A stretch of DNA of 64,000 nt from a phage. The notes beneath the pieces are model-generated. The model did no database searches. It had not been told where the DNA came from and saw only the letters and a program-made list of their open reading frames with translations. The stretch is from the NCBI GenBank assembly GCA_025829515.1, contig GCA_025829515.1_4865.1; one strand, given 5' to 3'. This document shows, one piece after another, positions 51,871-61,987 of the stretch; position 1 is the stretch's first letter; each line of letters begins with the position of its first letter. Both the position numbers and the translations under genes were made by a program.

Positions 51871-52713
51871 GTGTCTATTTACGATAAGCCCTCGAAAGAG
51901 ATGTTGTTAGATGCTATTAACCGACAGAACGGATTAACGGCCAATCCACTCACATGGGAGCAGGTTGCAACTGGCTTCCCTGAGTCTGTCCAAACGCCTG
52001 GCGCTGACCGGAATACGCGTGTGCTCTTATACGGGTTGAACGGCAAGGGCTACAAAGGCAACGTTACGCTCGAATACGACCGTATCGAAATGGAAATTCT
52101 GTTCAGGAACGTAATACCGGTAGTCGTTGCCGACCCGGTAAATAAACTCTCTGAGTTGTTGCCGTTTCTGAATGCGAAATACGGCTTGTCTTTAGTTGCC
52201 GATGATATCGTTGACCAGTCAGTAAAAGATTTGGGAGAAAGCTGGTTAATCGATGTGACTATTAAGCCCGGTTGCTTGGCCTGGCAAGGTGGTTTCCGTT
52301 TACGCTTTGCGAAGTTCTTCCCGAACTTGGCGGATGTGGTGACGGATGTTGACCTCAGCGCAATAATCGCACCGTTCGTGGTTGCTAGTAAACCACAGGC
52401 CGAGTATGTGGCGTATGGTTACGATTGGACTGAACTGCAAAAACAGTTCACCACCGATTGGGTTTACAACCGTGCAATCACTGCAGCGGATGTTGAGTTG
52501 TTGAATGAAGTGGTGCCATTAAAGTTTGCATATGTGACGGGGGCGAATGCGCAACCTGAACAAATTGCACTCCAAGGTGCACGATTTATGGGGATAACTT
52601 CAGTCACACCGAACGATAGTTACAACCCCGATTATCAGCGTGTGGCGATTATCAAGCTAGCTGCGGACAGCAACTACGCCGGTAATCTCATCCTTCATTA
52701 TCTCCCGATATAA
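51871..52713 (+). CDS. paralog family 1 member 2 (280 aa)
   Basis: GTG start with GAGGG 5 nt upstream; family N-terminal domain; ends LHYLPI. Confidence 0.7.
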   Translation: MSIYDKPSKEMLLDAINRQNGLTANPLTWEQVATGFPESVQTPGADRNTRVLLYGLNGKGYKGNVTLEYDRIEMEILFRNVIPVVVADPVNKLSELLPFLNAKYGLSLVADDIVDQSVKDLGESWLIDVTIKPGCLAWQGGFRLRFAKFFPNLADVVTDVDLSAIIAPFVVASKPQAEYVAYGYDWTELQKQFTTDWVYNRAITAADVELLNEVVPLKFAYVTGANAQPEQIALQGARFMGITSVTPNDSYNPDYQRVAIIKLAADSNYAGNLILHYLPI

Positions 52714-52723
52714 GGATTTTGAC

Positions 52724-53569
52724 ATGCCACTTTTAGCCACAGCTGAAAAGATTATTATCGCGGAAGTTAACGTCGAAAACAATCTCGATTTAAAAGTCGA
52801 GGATGTTGTTTTTGGTGTCCCTGCGATTCCAACGTCTGACGAAGACTTGGCAAAAGCTAACGGTCACAACGCGATGGTGCGCATTCAGGCATTGGCCACG
52901 GCTAATGCTATCGGTGCCACTACCGTGTATTACGATCGTGTTGACTTCGCAGACATGTTTACCGATCCGGACGGGATTCAACCTTTACGTGTTCCTGCGC
53001 GTCTCGATGCTGTTTACCAGATGCATGACGTGGTCGGGTTAATTAACCAGTATTACGGTCTCAGCCTTAAACCTGCAGATGTGGTGAATACCGAAATCGA
53101 CAGGAAGACATGGCGTGTGGATCTGGTTGCCACGCCCACTTCTTTAGGTTGGATAGGGCAACAACAGGTACAGCTGTTACCAGGCGATGCCTTGCTTCCT
53201 GCAAACTTCGAACCGTTAACAGTGACACCTTACGAGTACCCGTATTTCAACATCAAGGTCGGTCAAGGTGCAGTTTATTCGTATCCCTGGCGCTTTGATA
53301 ATTTCGCGGAGGAATTTCAACGACTAGGTGCTGCGATAACCACAGAACGTCTGGCACAGATTCTCAAAACGGTCACCGGGGATAACTGGACAACGTACCG
53401 TAACCCTATCGACTTTAACCTTCGTGAAGCCGTCGTCGTCTATAACGGGCGTAACAAAGCGGAATTACCAACCAACCCAGCAGTCGACAACGTGCTGATT
53501 GTGGAGCTGTCGTTGTACTGTCTGAATTTTGGCGGGCGTTTGTATTTGCATTACAACGACCCTGATTAA
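52724..53569 (+). CDS. paralog family 1 member 3 (281 aa)
   Basis: Family member by position and C-terminal LHYN motif. Confidence 0.65.
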   Translation: MPLLATAEKIIIAEVNVENNLDLKVEDVVFGVPAIPTSDEDLAKANGHNAMVRIQALATANAIGATTVYYDRVDFADMFTDPDGIQPLRVPARLDAVYQMHDVVGLINQYYGLSLKPADVVNTEIDRKTWRVDLVATPTSLGWIGQQQVQLLPGDALLPANFEPLTVTPYEYPYFNIKVGQGAVYSYPWRFDNFAEEFQRLGAAITTERLAQILKTVTGDNWTTYRNPIDFNLREAVVVYNGRNKAELPTNPAVDNVLIVELSLYCLNFGGRLYLHYNDPD

Positions 53570-53590
53570 TCCTGAGTAAAGGAAGTAAGA

Positions 53591-54502
53591 ATGAAACCTT
53601 TAAACAAAACGTCCGATCAGCTGGTTCTGGATTTTATTAATGAGAAAAACCCAGACGCAGAACTGGAACTTTCTAAAATAACGCTCGGCACACCGACCCC
53701 TATTGTCGATGAAGGTGCCGATCGCAATACCAGCATGACCCTGACTGCGAAAAAGAACTCCGGGTACATCGGTACTCAGGACGTGACTTATAATCGCCTG
53801 GAAGGCGGTGCGCTGTTCCGTAATGTAACCGCATACCTCGACGTTAAACTGCCGAAAACCACCACCGACCTGCTGACGACCCTGAACACCCAATACGGAT
53901 TGAAGCTGACCGAAGACGATATCGTTCCGGCGGCTATTCCGGAAAATACCAACCCGCCGCTGACTAACCCGAACGATCCGGACCCAGCACCGGTTGACCA
54001 TGTCATTACCTTCAAAGAAGACTGCTACGCTTATCTGGGCAGCATCCCGGTTAAAATCGGTGCTAAGCCTCAGGTTGGTGAACGTCTGAGTCTGGTGGTA
54101 ACACAAACCAAGCTCGACGGCCTGGTTTACCCAGATGGTCCAAGCGAAGCGAAGGGTCAGGGCTACATCTACTCTTACGGTGTAGACTGCACAGCAATCG
54201 CAGCATTCCTGAAAGTACAGACGAAAGGTGTTATCGCTGGCGACTCTGCATTCCCGGTTGAGCTGAATAAAGTTGTGCCGGAACTGTGGGTTGCATCTGA
54301 TGAGCCTGCGGATTATAACCTGAAAGGTGCTAACGTGTTGTACGTTGGTTCTACTACTGACGATGGCACTGCTTCAGGCGACGATCCTAAGAAACCGGTT
54401 GAAGGTGCAAACACTGCTTACAACCAGGTTCTGCTGCTGCAGCTGGATGACACTCTGTGCACCAACTTCCAGGGCGTCATGTACCTGCACTTTAATGCCT
54501 AA
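53591..54502 (+). CDS. paralog family 1 member 4, codon-optimised and probably the abundant member (303 aa)
   Basis: Family N-terminal domain; markedly stronger high-expression codon bias than its neighbours; the only member followed directly by a terminator. Confidence 0.7.
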   Translation: MKPLNKTSDQLVLDFINEKNPDAELELSKITLGTPTPIVDEGADRNTSMTLTAKKNSGYIGTQDVTYNRLEGGALFRNVTAYLDVKLPKTTTDLLTTLNTQYGLKLTEDDIVPAAIPENTNPPLTNPNDPDPAPVDHVITFKEDCYAYLGSIPVKIGAKPQVGERLSLVVTQTKLDGLVYPDGPSEAKGQGYIYSYGVDCTAIAAFLKVQTKGVIAGDSAFPVELNKVVPELWVASDEPADYNLKGANVLYVGSTTDDGTASGDDPKKPVEGANTAYNQVLLLQLDDTLCTNFQGVMYLHFNA

Positions 54503-54514
54503 TTAGGCCTCGCT

Positions 54515-54556
54515 GGGAGGAGGAAATCCTCCTCCTGGCTACTCCTTTCTTTTTTG
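54515..54556 (+). terminator. rho-independent terminator inside the paralog array
   Basis: ggaggagg-aaat-cctcctcc plus T-rich run. Confidence 0.75.
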
Positions 54557-54571
54557 GCCGAGGAGGCTATT

Positions 54572-55411
54572 ATGGCTTTATATAGTCTGTCTCAGCGACA
54601 ATATCTGTACGATGCGATTAATGCCGAAAACCCGGATGCTGTTCTACCGATGGGTTTAGACAATGCTATCATCGGTACGCCGAAAGCAATCACACCGACA
54701 GCAAGCGGTGCCAATACTGAGATTATCATTCGTGGTCGTCAAGGTCGTGGCTATATCGGTCCTCAGACGTTCCGTTATAAGCGCTTGTCGCTGAACGACT
54801 TATTTAAGAACATGACACCTCAGGTAACTGCACCGAATGCCTACGGTTGGTTGAACGTGGAGTCGAAACGTACTGCGTTTGCGCAGAACCTGAACGGTCG
54901 TTATGGATTAAACCTGGTTGCAGACGATATCCCAGAACAATACGTTTATCTGAACGTAAACAACACGATGCGCATTAACGCTAGCTGTATCCAATACACT
55001 GGCAGCATCACCTTTATGTCTATCCGGGGTAAGAATAGTCTCGAAGACCTCGTGGTAAACGACATCTTGTTGGCTTTGAACCACCCTGCAGCAGCAAGCA
55101 CTGGTAAGAAATACATGGGCTTCTTGACGTACGGGGAAGACTTTACCGATGAAGTGCAGGTTATGGCCTCGTTTAAGAACGGGCGAATGGATGTAGGAAG
55201 TAACTTTGATTTGGGTTACACGTCCAATCTGATGGCCACATTGGTCGCACGTGGGGTACCGTCGTTTGATCCGACGAACTGCACAATTACCCGCTACAAA
55301 ACGAGTGAGTTGGCGACCGCCAATAAAGCGTACGATAACGTATTGCTGATTACCGGCATTCAGAACGACCCGAAAGTAATCGGCGAGTGTATGTTGCACT
55401 ACAACAACTAG
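54572..55411 (+). CDS. paralog family 1 member 5 (279 aa)
   Basis: ATG at 54572 with GAGGAGG upstream (track start 54554 is TTG inside the terminator tail). Confidence 0.7.
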   Translation: MALYSLSQRQYLYDAINAENPDAVLPMGLDNAIIGTPKAITPTASGANTEIIIRGRQGRGYIGPQTFRYKRLSLNDLFKNMTPQVTAPNAYGWLNVESKRTAFAQNLNGRYGLNLVADDIPEQYVYLNVNNTMRINASCIQYTGSITFMSIRGKNSLEDLVVNDILLALNHPAAASTGKKYMGFLTYGEDFTDEVQVMASFKNGRMDVGSNFDLGYTSNLMATLVARGVPSFDPTNCTITRYKTSELATANKAYDNVLLITGIQNDPKVIGECMLHYNN

Positions 55412-55421
55412 GAATTAGCGA

Positions 55422-56309
55422 ATGGCTATTTATCAACCTTCTAAAGACGTCCTGTTGGCAGCAGTGAACGCACAGAACTCGCTTGCTGTTAAGATGACTG
55501 ACATCATCTGGTCCTCGCCAAAGGACATCCGTGGTACGGAGAAGGAAACGCTGACTAACCGTAACACGCAAATTAAAATTACGGCAGATGGGGTAACGGG
55601 CTCTACCTGGTCGGGTAAGAAAAATGTCTTCTACAACCGCATGAAAGTCGAAGACTTGTTAGTGCTGATTGGTGACACGTTGGCGATCGGCCCATCCAAC
55701 GAAACCTTGTATGCGGCCATTCCTGGACTGAACCAACGTTACGGTTTTGTTCTGGAAGAAGCTGACCTGCAGGACGCAGATATCGAATGGAACGGTGATA
55801 AGACCGAAGGTACTGTGCGCGTTGTTGCACATCCGGAGTCTATCGGCTGGGTTGGACAGGCGACATTTAAAGTCGTGAAAGGCGATGAGTCGTTAGTCTC
55901 TGCGGTCACTACTAACGTCCTGACCGGTCTGAAATACCCGAACGGTCAGATGGGTTCCGAAACCGTTACTGCGGTCATTGCAGAGGTTTATTCCTACCCG
56001 TACAACTTCACCAAATACCGTGATGAGTTGCTGGCATACGTGCCGGGTATTCTGTCCGGGCAGCCGTTAACGGATATGGTTAACCTGCTGAAAGATATCA
56101 CGGGTACTGCATGGGTAGCGACCACCTCCGCTTCCTACGGTTTGGCGGGCGCGGAGGTTATCAGCGTTGGTCTGAATGACCCTGTTGCAATGCCGACAAA
56201 CGCGAAGTACAAGTATGCGCTGGTGTTGAAACTGCCTGTTACCTGTACCACCATCGTCGGAACGTTGTATCTCCAGTTCAACGATCTGGACGATCCAAGC
56301 GAGGTATAA
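55422..56309 (+). CDS. paralog family 1 member 6 (295 aa)
   Basis: Family N-terminal domain; ends LYLQFNDLDDPSEV. Confidence 0.7.
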   Translation: MAIYQPSKDVLLAAVNAQNSLAVKMTDIIWSSPKDIRGTEKETLTNRNTQIKITADGVTGSTWSGKKNVFYNRMKVEDLLVLIGDTLAIGPSNETLYAAIPGLNQRYGFVLEEADLQDADIEWNGDKTEGTVRVVAHPESIGWVGQATFKVVKGDESLVSAVTTNVLTGLKYPNGQMGSETVTAVIAEVYSYPYNFTKYRDELLAYVPGILSGQPLTDMVNLLKDITGTAWVATTSASYGLAGAEVISVGLNDPVAMPTNAKYKYALVLKLPVTCTTIVGTLYLQFNDLDDPSEV

Positions 56310-56312
56310 TTG

Positions 56313-57140
56313 ATGATCAACTATGCTAAGCCGTCAAACGAGTTGGTCTTTGACCTCATTAACCGGGATAACCCAAACCTACCTATTAAAGCGTCGCCGG
56401 CAAACTGCTACGTGGAGAAAGTGACACAGGTTCCCGTTAATGCAGCTTCCAACAACCGCAATACGTCGGCACGCTTGCGCGGTATTCAGGGTTCTGGATT
56501 TCGAGACGCAATCACCGTTTACTACGACCGTGTGAACTTAGCGCGGTTATTGCCGTGGGGGCCTTCCGTCCAGGCGCAGTTCGTCACGTTTGACGCACCC
56601 AACCTCCACTCAGCCTTTTCGGTGCTCTTGGATACCTACGGAGTAAACTTCTCCGCAATCGATATCCAAAACTACTCACTGTTTGGTGCCAATACCCCAA
56701 ATTACACCAATACACAGACCATTGCAGCGCTATCGACATCTCCGGCTTATATCGGTTCTGCGACGTTGCGTTATAACCGTGGTTTACCGGTACTAGACAC
56801 TTCGGTGAAATCGGATGTCTTGAATGCGATTCAAGAGCCTATTTCACCGTCTCTCGGTAAGAAGTGTATTGATTTGTTGACGTACGGTATTGACTTTACC
56901 GCGTATAAAAACCTACTGACAGTAGATGCTTCTGGCCTACCGCAGTGGGCTGGTTTGCGTAAGGTGTTGGATGACCTGGGTATTCCGAACTACGCGGGGC
57001 CACTGAACAGCAACACCGTTCAGGATGTGCCGACTTCCACCGCTCAGTTCGCTAACAAATCGTACGACCGCGTGGTTATCCAAACGGGTATCGATGAGGA
57101 AGGCGTGAAAGGCGTGGCGTACTACCACTATAACAGCTAA
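56313..57140 (+). CDS. paralog family 1 member 7 (275 aa)
   Basis: ATG at 56313 (track start 56310 is TTG); family N-terminal domain; ends YYHYNS; terminator follows. Confidence 0.7.
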   Translation: MINYAKPSNELVFDLINRDNPNLPIKASPANCYVEKVTQVPVNAASNNRNTSARLRGIQGSGFRDAITVYYDRVNLARLLPWGPSVQAQFVTFDAPNLHSAFSVLLDTYGVNFSAIDIQNYSLFGANTPNYTNTQTIAALSTSPAYIGSATLRYNRGLPVLDTSVKSDVLNAIQEPISPSLGKKCIDLLTYGIDFTAYKNLLTVDASGLPQWAGLRKVLDDLGIPNYAGPLNSNTVQDVPTSTAQFANKSYDRVVIQTGIDEEGVKGVAYYHYNS

Positions 57141-57145
57141 GTGTA

Positions 57146-57170
57146 GGGGCTCTTCGGAGCCCCATCTTTT
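57146..57170 (+). terminator. terminator hairpin (UUCG tetraloop)
   Basis: ggggctc-ttcg-gagcccc followed by atctttt. Confidence 0.7.
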
Positions 57171-57187
57171 GGCGATGCGGAGTCCCT

Positions 57188-58600
57188 ATGCTATTTTACT
57201 CGAAGGAGTCGGCACTGCTTGTATACGACCAAGTCAATCGGGATAACCCTGATTTAGTTATTAAGCTGACGCCGGCTATCGCTGCTTTAACCAGTGGCCC
57301 AACCTCAGTTACGTTAAACCAACGTAACACCAAAGCTGTTTTCACCGGGTATCCAGGGACAGGTGTACAAGGTAATGTTACCGTGTACTACGACCGGATT
57401 AACCTGGCCACCTTATTTAATTTTGTGCCGACTGTGGCTATCAAAGACACAGTCTTAACGGTACGAGACGCGTTACCTGCAATAAACGACGCATTAGGAC
57501 TTACATTAGTTGCTTCTGATTTGCAGTCACCTGACGCAAGTTTACCTAAACCGAGCGTTTCGCCGCAGACGTTGAAATTAAATATCTCAGGCAATTGCCC
57601 TGCGTTTACAGGCAGCTTAACGATACGTTATACCGTCCCGAGTGGTGCAATTTACCCCGATTCTGGACCTGGCCCTAAAACGTTGCTGCAAGGTAACACT
57701 ATCGCGGGTTATTTCGGAACAACCAGAACTGCAGAGTTGTTTACACACTCTCAACTTCTTAATGCCACTATATCGGCCGGTGCGTTACCACCGGTACATT
57801 CTGGTGCCGAAGGTTGGTACAAGTTCTTTTACCAGGGTAGGGTTATTTACCTCCCGATCAGTCCTGTCGCTGGCTCCATCTCCTGGAATACGTTATATAC
57901 AAACGGACTCGTTTACGGAACAGACGATAACGGTAAATACCCTGCAGCGACGCCCGTTAACCAGGGACGCATCATTAGCTTTACAGGCGCAGACAACAAA
58001 AGGTTTTACTTCCGTGTTCGTCTACCTAGTGCCGGGAAAGACCCATACGTCAGCGGCACCCCAACTGCCGCTGAGTTAGCAGGTAGTGAGTTTGAGATGT
58101 TCAACTTTCTGTATAATGGAACGTGGGACAAACCGATTAACAGTTACTGGACGCTGTTCTGTTTATTGAAAGATACACTGAAGACCAACGTCGCCCATCA
58201 TCGCATGGCGACGTTGTCTGGAGCAAGTTGGACAAACTTAGAAAAATCATCGAGTGCGGGCAACTACTACTGGTTCCCGGTGCTGGAGTTGGTGGATAAG
58301 TCCACAGTTACCTTGGGTTTAGAAGATATCCACGGTACGGCAGATTACAGTCTCCAACCGTGCAGCGTGTCCGCAGAAAACACATTTAGTCTCAAGCCGT
58401 TAGTGCTCGGTAATCCGGATACTACCGATTTCGAACCGGTAGTTGTTACTTCAGAAAACAGTTTCGCACTGCATCCGCCTGCTTTAATGCTGCCGAAGAC
58501 AGTCGACTTCCAACCTATTGCGGCTACCGCTGAAATGTATACGCCCCCTGACAAGACAACGTTAACGTCTCTTAACGGTGAACTGGACGGCTTTAAGTAG
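57188..58600 (+). CDS. cassette gene A1: family 1 N-terminal domain plus GPGP module, fibre/receptor-binding candidate (470 aa)
   Basis: N-terminus homologous to family 1; central GPGP...GYFG...ELF...YGTDD...RLP module; C-terminal NGELDGFK shared with A2. Confidence 0.7.
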   Translation: MLFYSKESALLVYDQVNRDNPDLVIKLTPAIAALTSGPTSVTLNQRNTKAVFTGYPGTGVQGNVTVYYDRINLATLFNFVPTVAIKDTVLTVRDALPAINDALGLTLVASDLQSPDASLPKPSVSPQTLKLNISGNCPAFTGSLTIRYTVPSGAIYPDSGPGPKTLLQGNTIAGYFGTTRTAELFTHSQLLNATISAGALPPVHSGAEGWYKFFYQGRVIYLPISPVAGSISWNTLYTNGLVYGTDDNGKYPAATPVNQGRIISFTGADNKRFYFRVRLPSAGKDPYVSGTPTAAELAGSEFEMFNFLYNGTWDKPINSYWTLFCLLKDTLKTNVAHHRMATLSGASWTNLEKSSSAGNYYWFPVLELVDKSTVTLGLEDIHGTADYSLQPCSVSAENTFSLKPLVLGNPDTTDFEPVVVTSENSFALHPPALMLPKTVDFQPIAATAEMYTPPDKTTLTSLNGELDGFK

Positions 58601-58611
58601 AGGTATCATCT

Positions 58612-59610
58612 ATGTCTTTTACTTTGCGTTGGAAAAATCCAAACGTAATCTCTACGGTAGTAAAAATCTACCGTGATGTTAAAGATATCACACCAAGCGC
58701 TTTGCCTGAACCGATTGCAACGCTCTCAAACGGCGAGACAGAATGGCGTGATACCACCGCCACACCAGGCGCAACCTATTATTACCTTCTGACGGTAACC
58801 GCCAACGGTAAAACAGTGGCATCGTCTAGCCAGAAATATACCATTGAACTGAAGCGGGGAATCGGTCCAATGACTATTCTAAACGGTGACGACCGTTTAG
58901 GGTTTATGGGTGCGGTTCCTTACGACGAACAGTGGCTTCCGTCGCAAATGCCACCTGCATTTTTGGCGATGTTCCCTAACCTACTAACCGATCGTGTGGC
59001 GTTGTATAAATTTACCCGAAACGGGAAGATCTATTACATGCTATCTAGCACGTCGCAGTTCCCGAATACGCCTGTGGACTGGGCTTCCCTCTATCAAGCT
59101 GGTTTAGTCTACGGTACAGGCGATGCTGGCCCAGAGAACGGCCATGGAACGCTACCGGCCACTCCACAAGACGCTAAGATAGTCCACAGAGGGGATACGT
59201 ACATTATGCGTCTTCCTCGCGGCCTGACGACGTCTAGCGAGTCTCCTGCGTATCCTTTCGTGGCTGACTACAATGGGAAAACCCACGATGAAATCGCTTC
59301 TCTAACCAACCCGTGCGAGTATAACGATTTACTTTACACGATGGTTAACGAGGTGCCGAAGAAACAACGTTGGGCTAACTGGGCAACAATCGGTTATACT
59401 TATCTGGGACAGGGTACTTTGGGAACCTTGGCACAGTATTTCGGCGGTGGTGTTCTCTGTATGGAACACGACACCGCGGAAGACCGTGTGCTCCATCGTG
59501 GTATTTTTAACAATGCCGGTGGAACACCCGTATCCACGATTCAGCGTATAAACTATTTATCACCCACCACGAAAGGGCGCTACTACCCTATCTTTGAACT
59601 GGTCGAGTAA
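58612..59610 (+). CDS. cassette gene B1: FN3/Ig-like N-terminal domain plus shared module (332 aa)
   Basis: FN3-like N-terminus (W..P ... KIYRD ... TYYY..TVTA); paralog of 61988-62974. Confidence 0.7.
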   Translation: MSFTLRWKNPNVISTVVKIYRDVKDITPSALPEPIATLSNGETEWRDTTATPGATYYYLLTVTANGKTVASSSQKYTIELKRGIGPMTILNGDDRLGFMGAVPYDEQWLPSQMPPAFLAMFPNLLTDRVALYKFTRNGKIYYMLSSTSQFPNTPVDWASLYQAGLVYGTGDAGPENGHGTLPATPQDAKIVHRGDTYIMRLPRGLTTSSESPAYPFVADYNGKTHDEIASLTNPCEYNDLLYTMVNEVPKKQRWANWATIGYTYLGQGTLGTLAQYFGGGVLCMEHDTAEDRVLHRGIFNNAGGTPVSTIQRINYLSPTTKGRYYPIFELVE

Positions 59611-59619
59611 GGGGCAGTC

Positions 59620-60543
59620 ATGACTATACGGTTAAGCTGGCCGTCCCAAGCCAGCAAAGGTCTTACCGCGATTGAAATCTACCGCAAGGAAGGATGGAAC
59701 GCAACAATCGACGTTTACAACCCAGGCACACCCCACGCCACCTTATCCGGTAGCGCGGTAGAGTTCGTAGATAATATCGATACCCTGACGAAGAATACAA
59801 CTTATCGTTACTGGGTAGCTGCTGTGAAAGATAATGAACGACTTATCGGCAATCCGATTACGCAAGGGTTCTATCCGGACACTGGACCGGGGCCACAAAC
59901 TATTTTGCGTGGCGATTGGGCGTCAGGCTATTTCGGTACGGTATCTAATACCGAGTTCTTTAATACTGCCGAGTTAAAACTCATGTTAACCGCGCAGCAG
60001 GGAAACATGTTTACTTACGACCCTCAGGAATGGCACAAGTTTATTTTCCGTGGGCGAATTGTCTTCTTCCCAGCGACGATGCATTCGAAAAGCAACTCGG
60101 TACAAATGGCGTATCAGTACGGCATGATGTACGGGACCGATGATGTCGGAAGTATTGTTCCGCAGGGAGCCACGGCGACTAAACAAGATTGTAAGGTCAC
60201 GAAGGATGGTCGTACGTACCGTATCCGATTACCTTACGCAGTCCCGTACGACGCGGCACTCTCAGGACAGGATTACAACAACGGTGAATGGCGAAACACA
60301 ATGGGCCGTTTGTATCCTGTCGGTGCACAGTACGCAGCCCTCGGTCTTGGTGCGATTGACTCACTTGAAAGACAAGGCGCGACTGCGCAGCCGAATGAGT
60401 CAGGTGCCGCTGTATTAGCTCCTTTGTGGAGCAACAACATATTCGCTTATGCGTATGGCACCGTGCCTATGGGGATTAGTAACACCGCAGGTGTCGGGAA
60501 CTCGGCCACGATATTCTTTGCTTTTGAATTAGTCTTACCGTAA
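59620..60543 (+). CDS. cassette gene C1: FN3/Ig-like N-terminal domain plus GPGP module (307 aa)
   Basis: IEIYRK ... TYRYWVAAVKD FN3-like; DTGPGPQ..GYFGTV..ELF module; paralog of 62977-63876; ends ELVLP. Confidence 0.7.
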   Translation: MTIRLSWPSQASKGLTAIEIYRKEGWNATIDVYNPGTPHATLSGSAVEFVDNIDTLTKNTTYRYWVAAVKDNERLIGNPITQGFYPDTGPGPQTILRGDWASGYFGTVSNTEFFNTAELKLMLTAQQGNMFTYDPQEWHKFIFRGRIVFFPATMHSKSNSVQMAYQYGMMYGTDDVGSIVPQGATATKQDCKVTKDGRTYRIRLPYAVPYDAALSGQDYNNGEWRNTMGRLYPVGAQYAALGLGAIDSLERQGATAQPNESGAAVLAPLWSNNIFAYAYGTVPMGISNTAGVGNSATIFFAFELVLP

Positions 60544-60556
60544 TGGAGTAAATACC

Positions 60557-61975
60557 ATGGGGTTGTATACAGAACCTTCAATGGAACTGCTCTGCCAACA
60601 AATTGTGCGTGACAATCCCGGTTTAGCAGGAAAAATCACCCCTGACTCCATTGGGGTCAGGGGTGTTCCTGTTGCGAAAAACGTTAACGGACGAAACACT
60701 CAGATTACGTTGGTAGGAAAACCCGGTAAAGGATTTGCTGGGGAAATAACGGTATATTACGACCGGTTGAATCTGGCCAGTCTATTTAAGTCTGGCCCGA
60801 ATATGGTGAGTATTCCACGTAGCGCACAAACCCATGCGGAAGCGTTACCGGCGTTCAATGAATTGAACGGGTTGAACTTAACCGCGAGTGACATCACCAG
60901 TCCAAACGTTGCATTAATGAAATACGCTACGCCGGAAACTGTAACTCTGACGGCGCACGCTAACTCCTTGTGTTATACCGGGTCATGCAAGATGACCTAT
61001 GTTTACGAACCGATTGCGATGTATCCGAAGTCGGGTCCTGGGCCAAAAGGATTAATGGCCGGTAATGAGTTATACGGATTCTTTGGGCTGGTAAGCGCGG
61101 AAGAGTTATTCACATCTGATGAAATGGTGTATGCCCTCTATAACGGCACCAACTGGCCTAACCGCTACGCTATCAAGTGGCTCAAATTCTTTCTGAATGG
61201 GGCGGTAGTGTTTGTTCCGACCCGTGCGATTTGCAACGTTACCTGGGCAGACCTGTACAACAAGGGTGCAATATTTGATTCCGGAGACGCAGGACCTCGC
61301 CCGAAGTCGACTTACACACCTGTCGATGTTGAACAGTTGAAATACATGGTAAAACGGGATGATGAAGGAACGCATTATTTCAGAATGTCTATCCCGTATT
61401 ACACCGAGAACGCCGCCGCGCCTGATTGGAGTAAACCGCCGTCAATCACCTCTATCCTGTCACTGACCAGCAAATTGGGGTCGGTGAACGTATATGGGGA
61501 GTGGGGAACTCTTAGCACGACTGATGCTAACTTCCTGGATTACGTGTGGTTACGACATCAGTTCGGTGCCGACCAAGCGTATTACCAGTCTATCAGTGGG
61601 AGCTATCGTTCATACACCTACATCTACACCTCTTCTGGCTTTTGGCCAATCCTGGAGATGTTTGATGTTGCCAATGAACCTGTGCCGTTGATTGACGAAG
61701 GTGCAGAGCTAACATGGGCACCGTCCGTGGTTACTCTGACGGACATCGACCAAAATGAATCGCTTCGTGTGGTGCCTATTACGGAAACCTCCGCTGCAGC
61801 GAATCCACGTCCTCTGCTTGCCGCGACGGACAATGATGAACGTGCATATTCCGTCGCGGTAACAGGCATGGCTAGCGTTAAGATTAGACCGATTATTCTC
61901 ACGACTGACCAAATCGCCCAACCTTCAAAAATTACTCTGGGCGATACTAACGGTGAGTTGGATGGATTCCAATAA
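60557..61975 (+). CDS. cassette gene A2 (472 aa)
   Basis: Paralog of A1 (shared N-terminal domain, GPGP module, C-terminal NGELDGFQ). Confidence 0.7.
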   Translation: MGLYTEPSMELLCQQIVRDNPGLAGKITPDSIGVRGVPVAKNVNGRNTQITLVGKPGKGFAGEITVYYDRLNLASLFKSGPNMVSIPRSAQTHAEALPAFNELNGLNLTASDITSPNVALMKYATPETVTLTAHANSLCYTGSCKMTYVYEPIAMYPKSGPGPKGLMAGNELYGFFGLVSAEELFTSDEMVYALYNGTNWPNRYAIKWLKFFLNGAVVFVPTRAICNVTWADLYNKGAIFDSGDAGPRPKSTYTPVDVEQLKYMVKRDDEGTHYFRMSIPYYTENAAAPDWSKPPSITSILSLTSKLGSVNVYGEWGTLSTTDANFLDYVWLRHQFGADQAYYQSISGSYRSYTYIYTSSGFWPILEMFDVANEPVPLIDEGAELTWAPSVVTLTDIDQNESLRVVPITETSAAANPRPLLAATDNDERAYSVAVTGMASVKIRPIILTTDQIAQPSKITLGDTNGELDGFQ

Positions 61976-61987
61976 GAGGTAACGACA

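Noticed and set aside
53600-54106. 168 aa - strand ORF (and similar at 54908-55399) inside the paralog array
   Set aside because: Antisense shadows of codon-biased paralog genes; no independent start signals.
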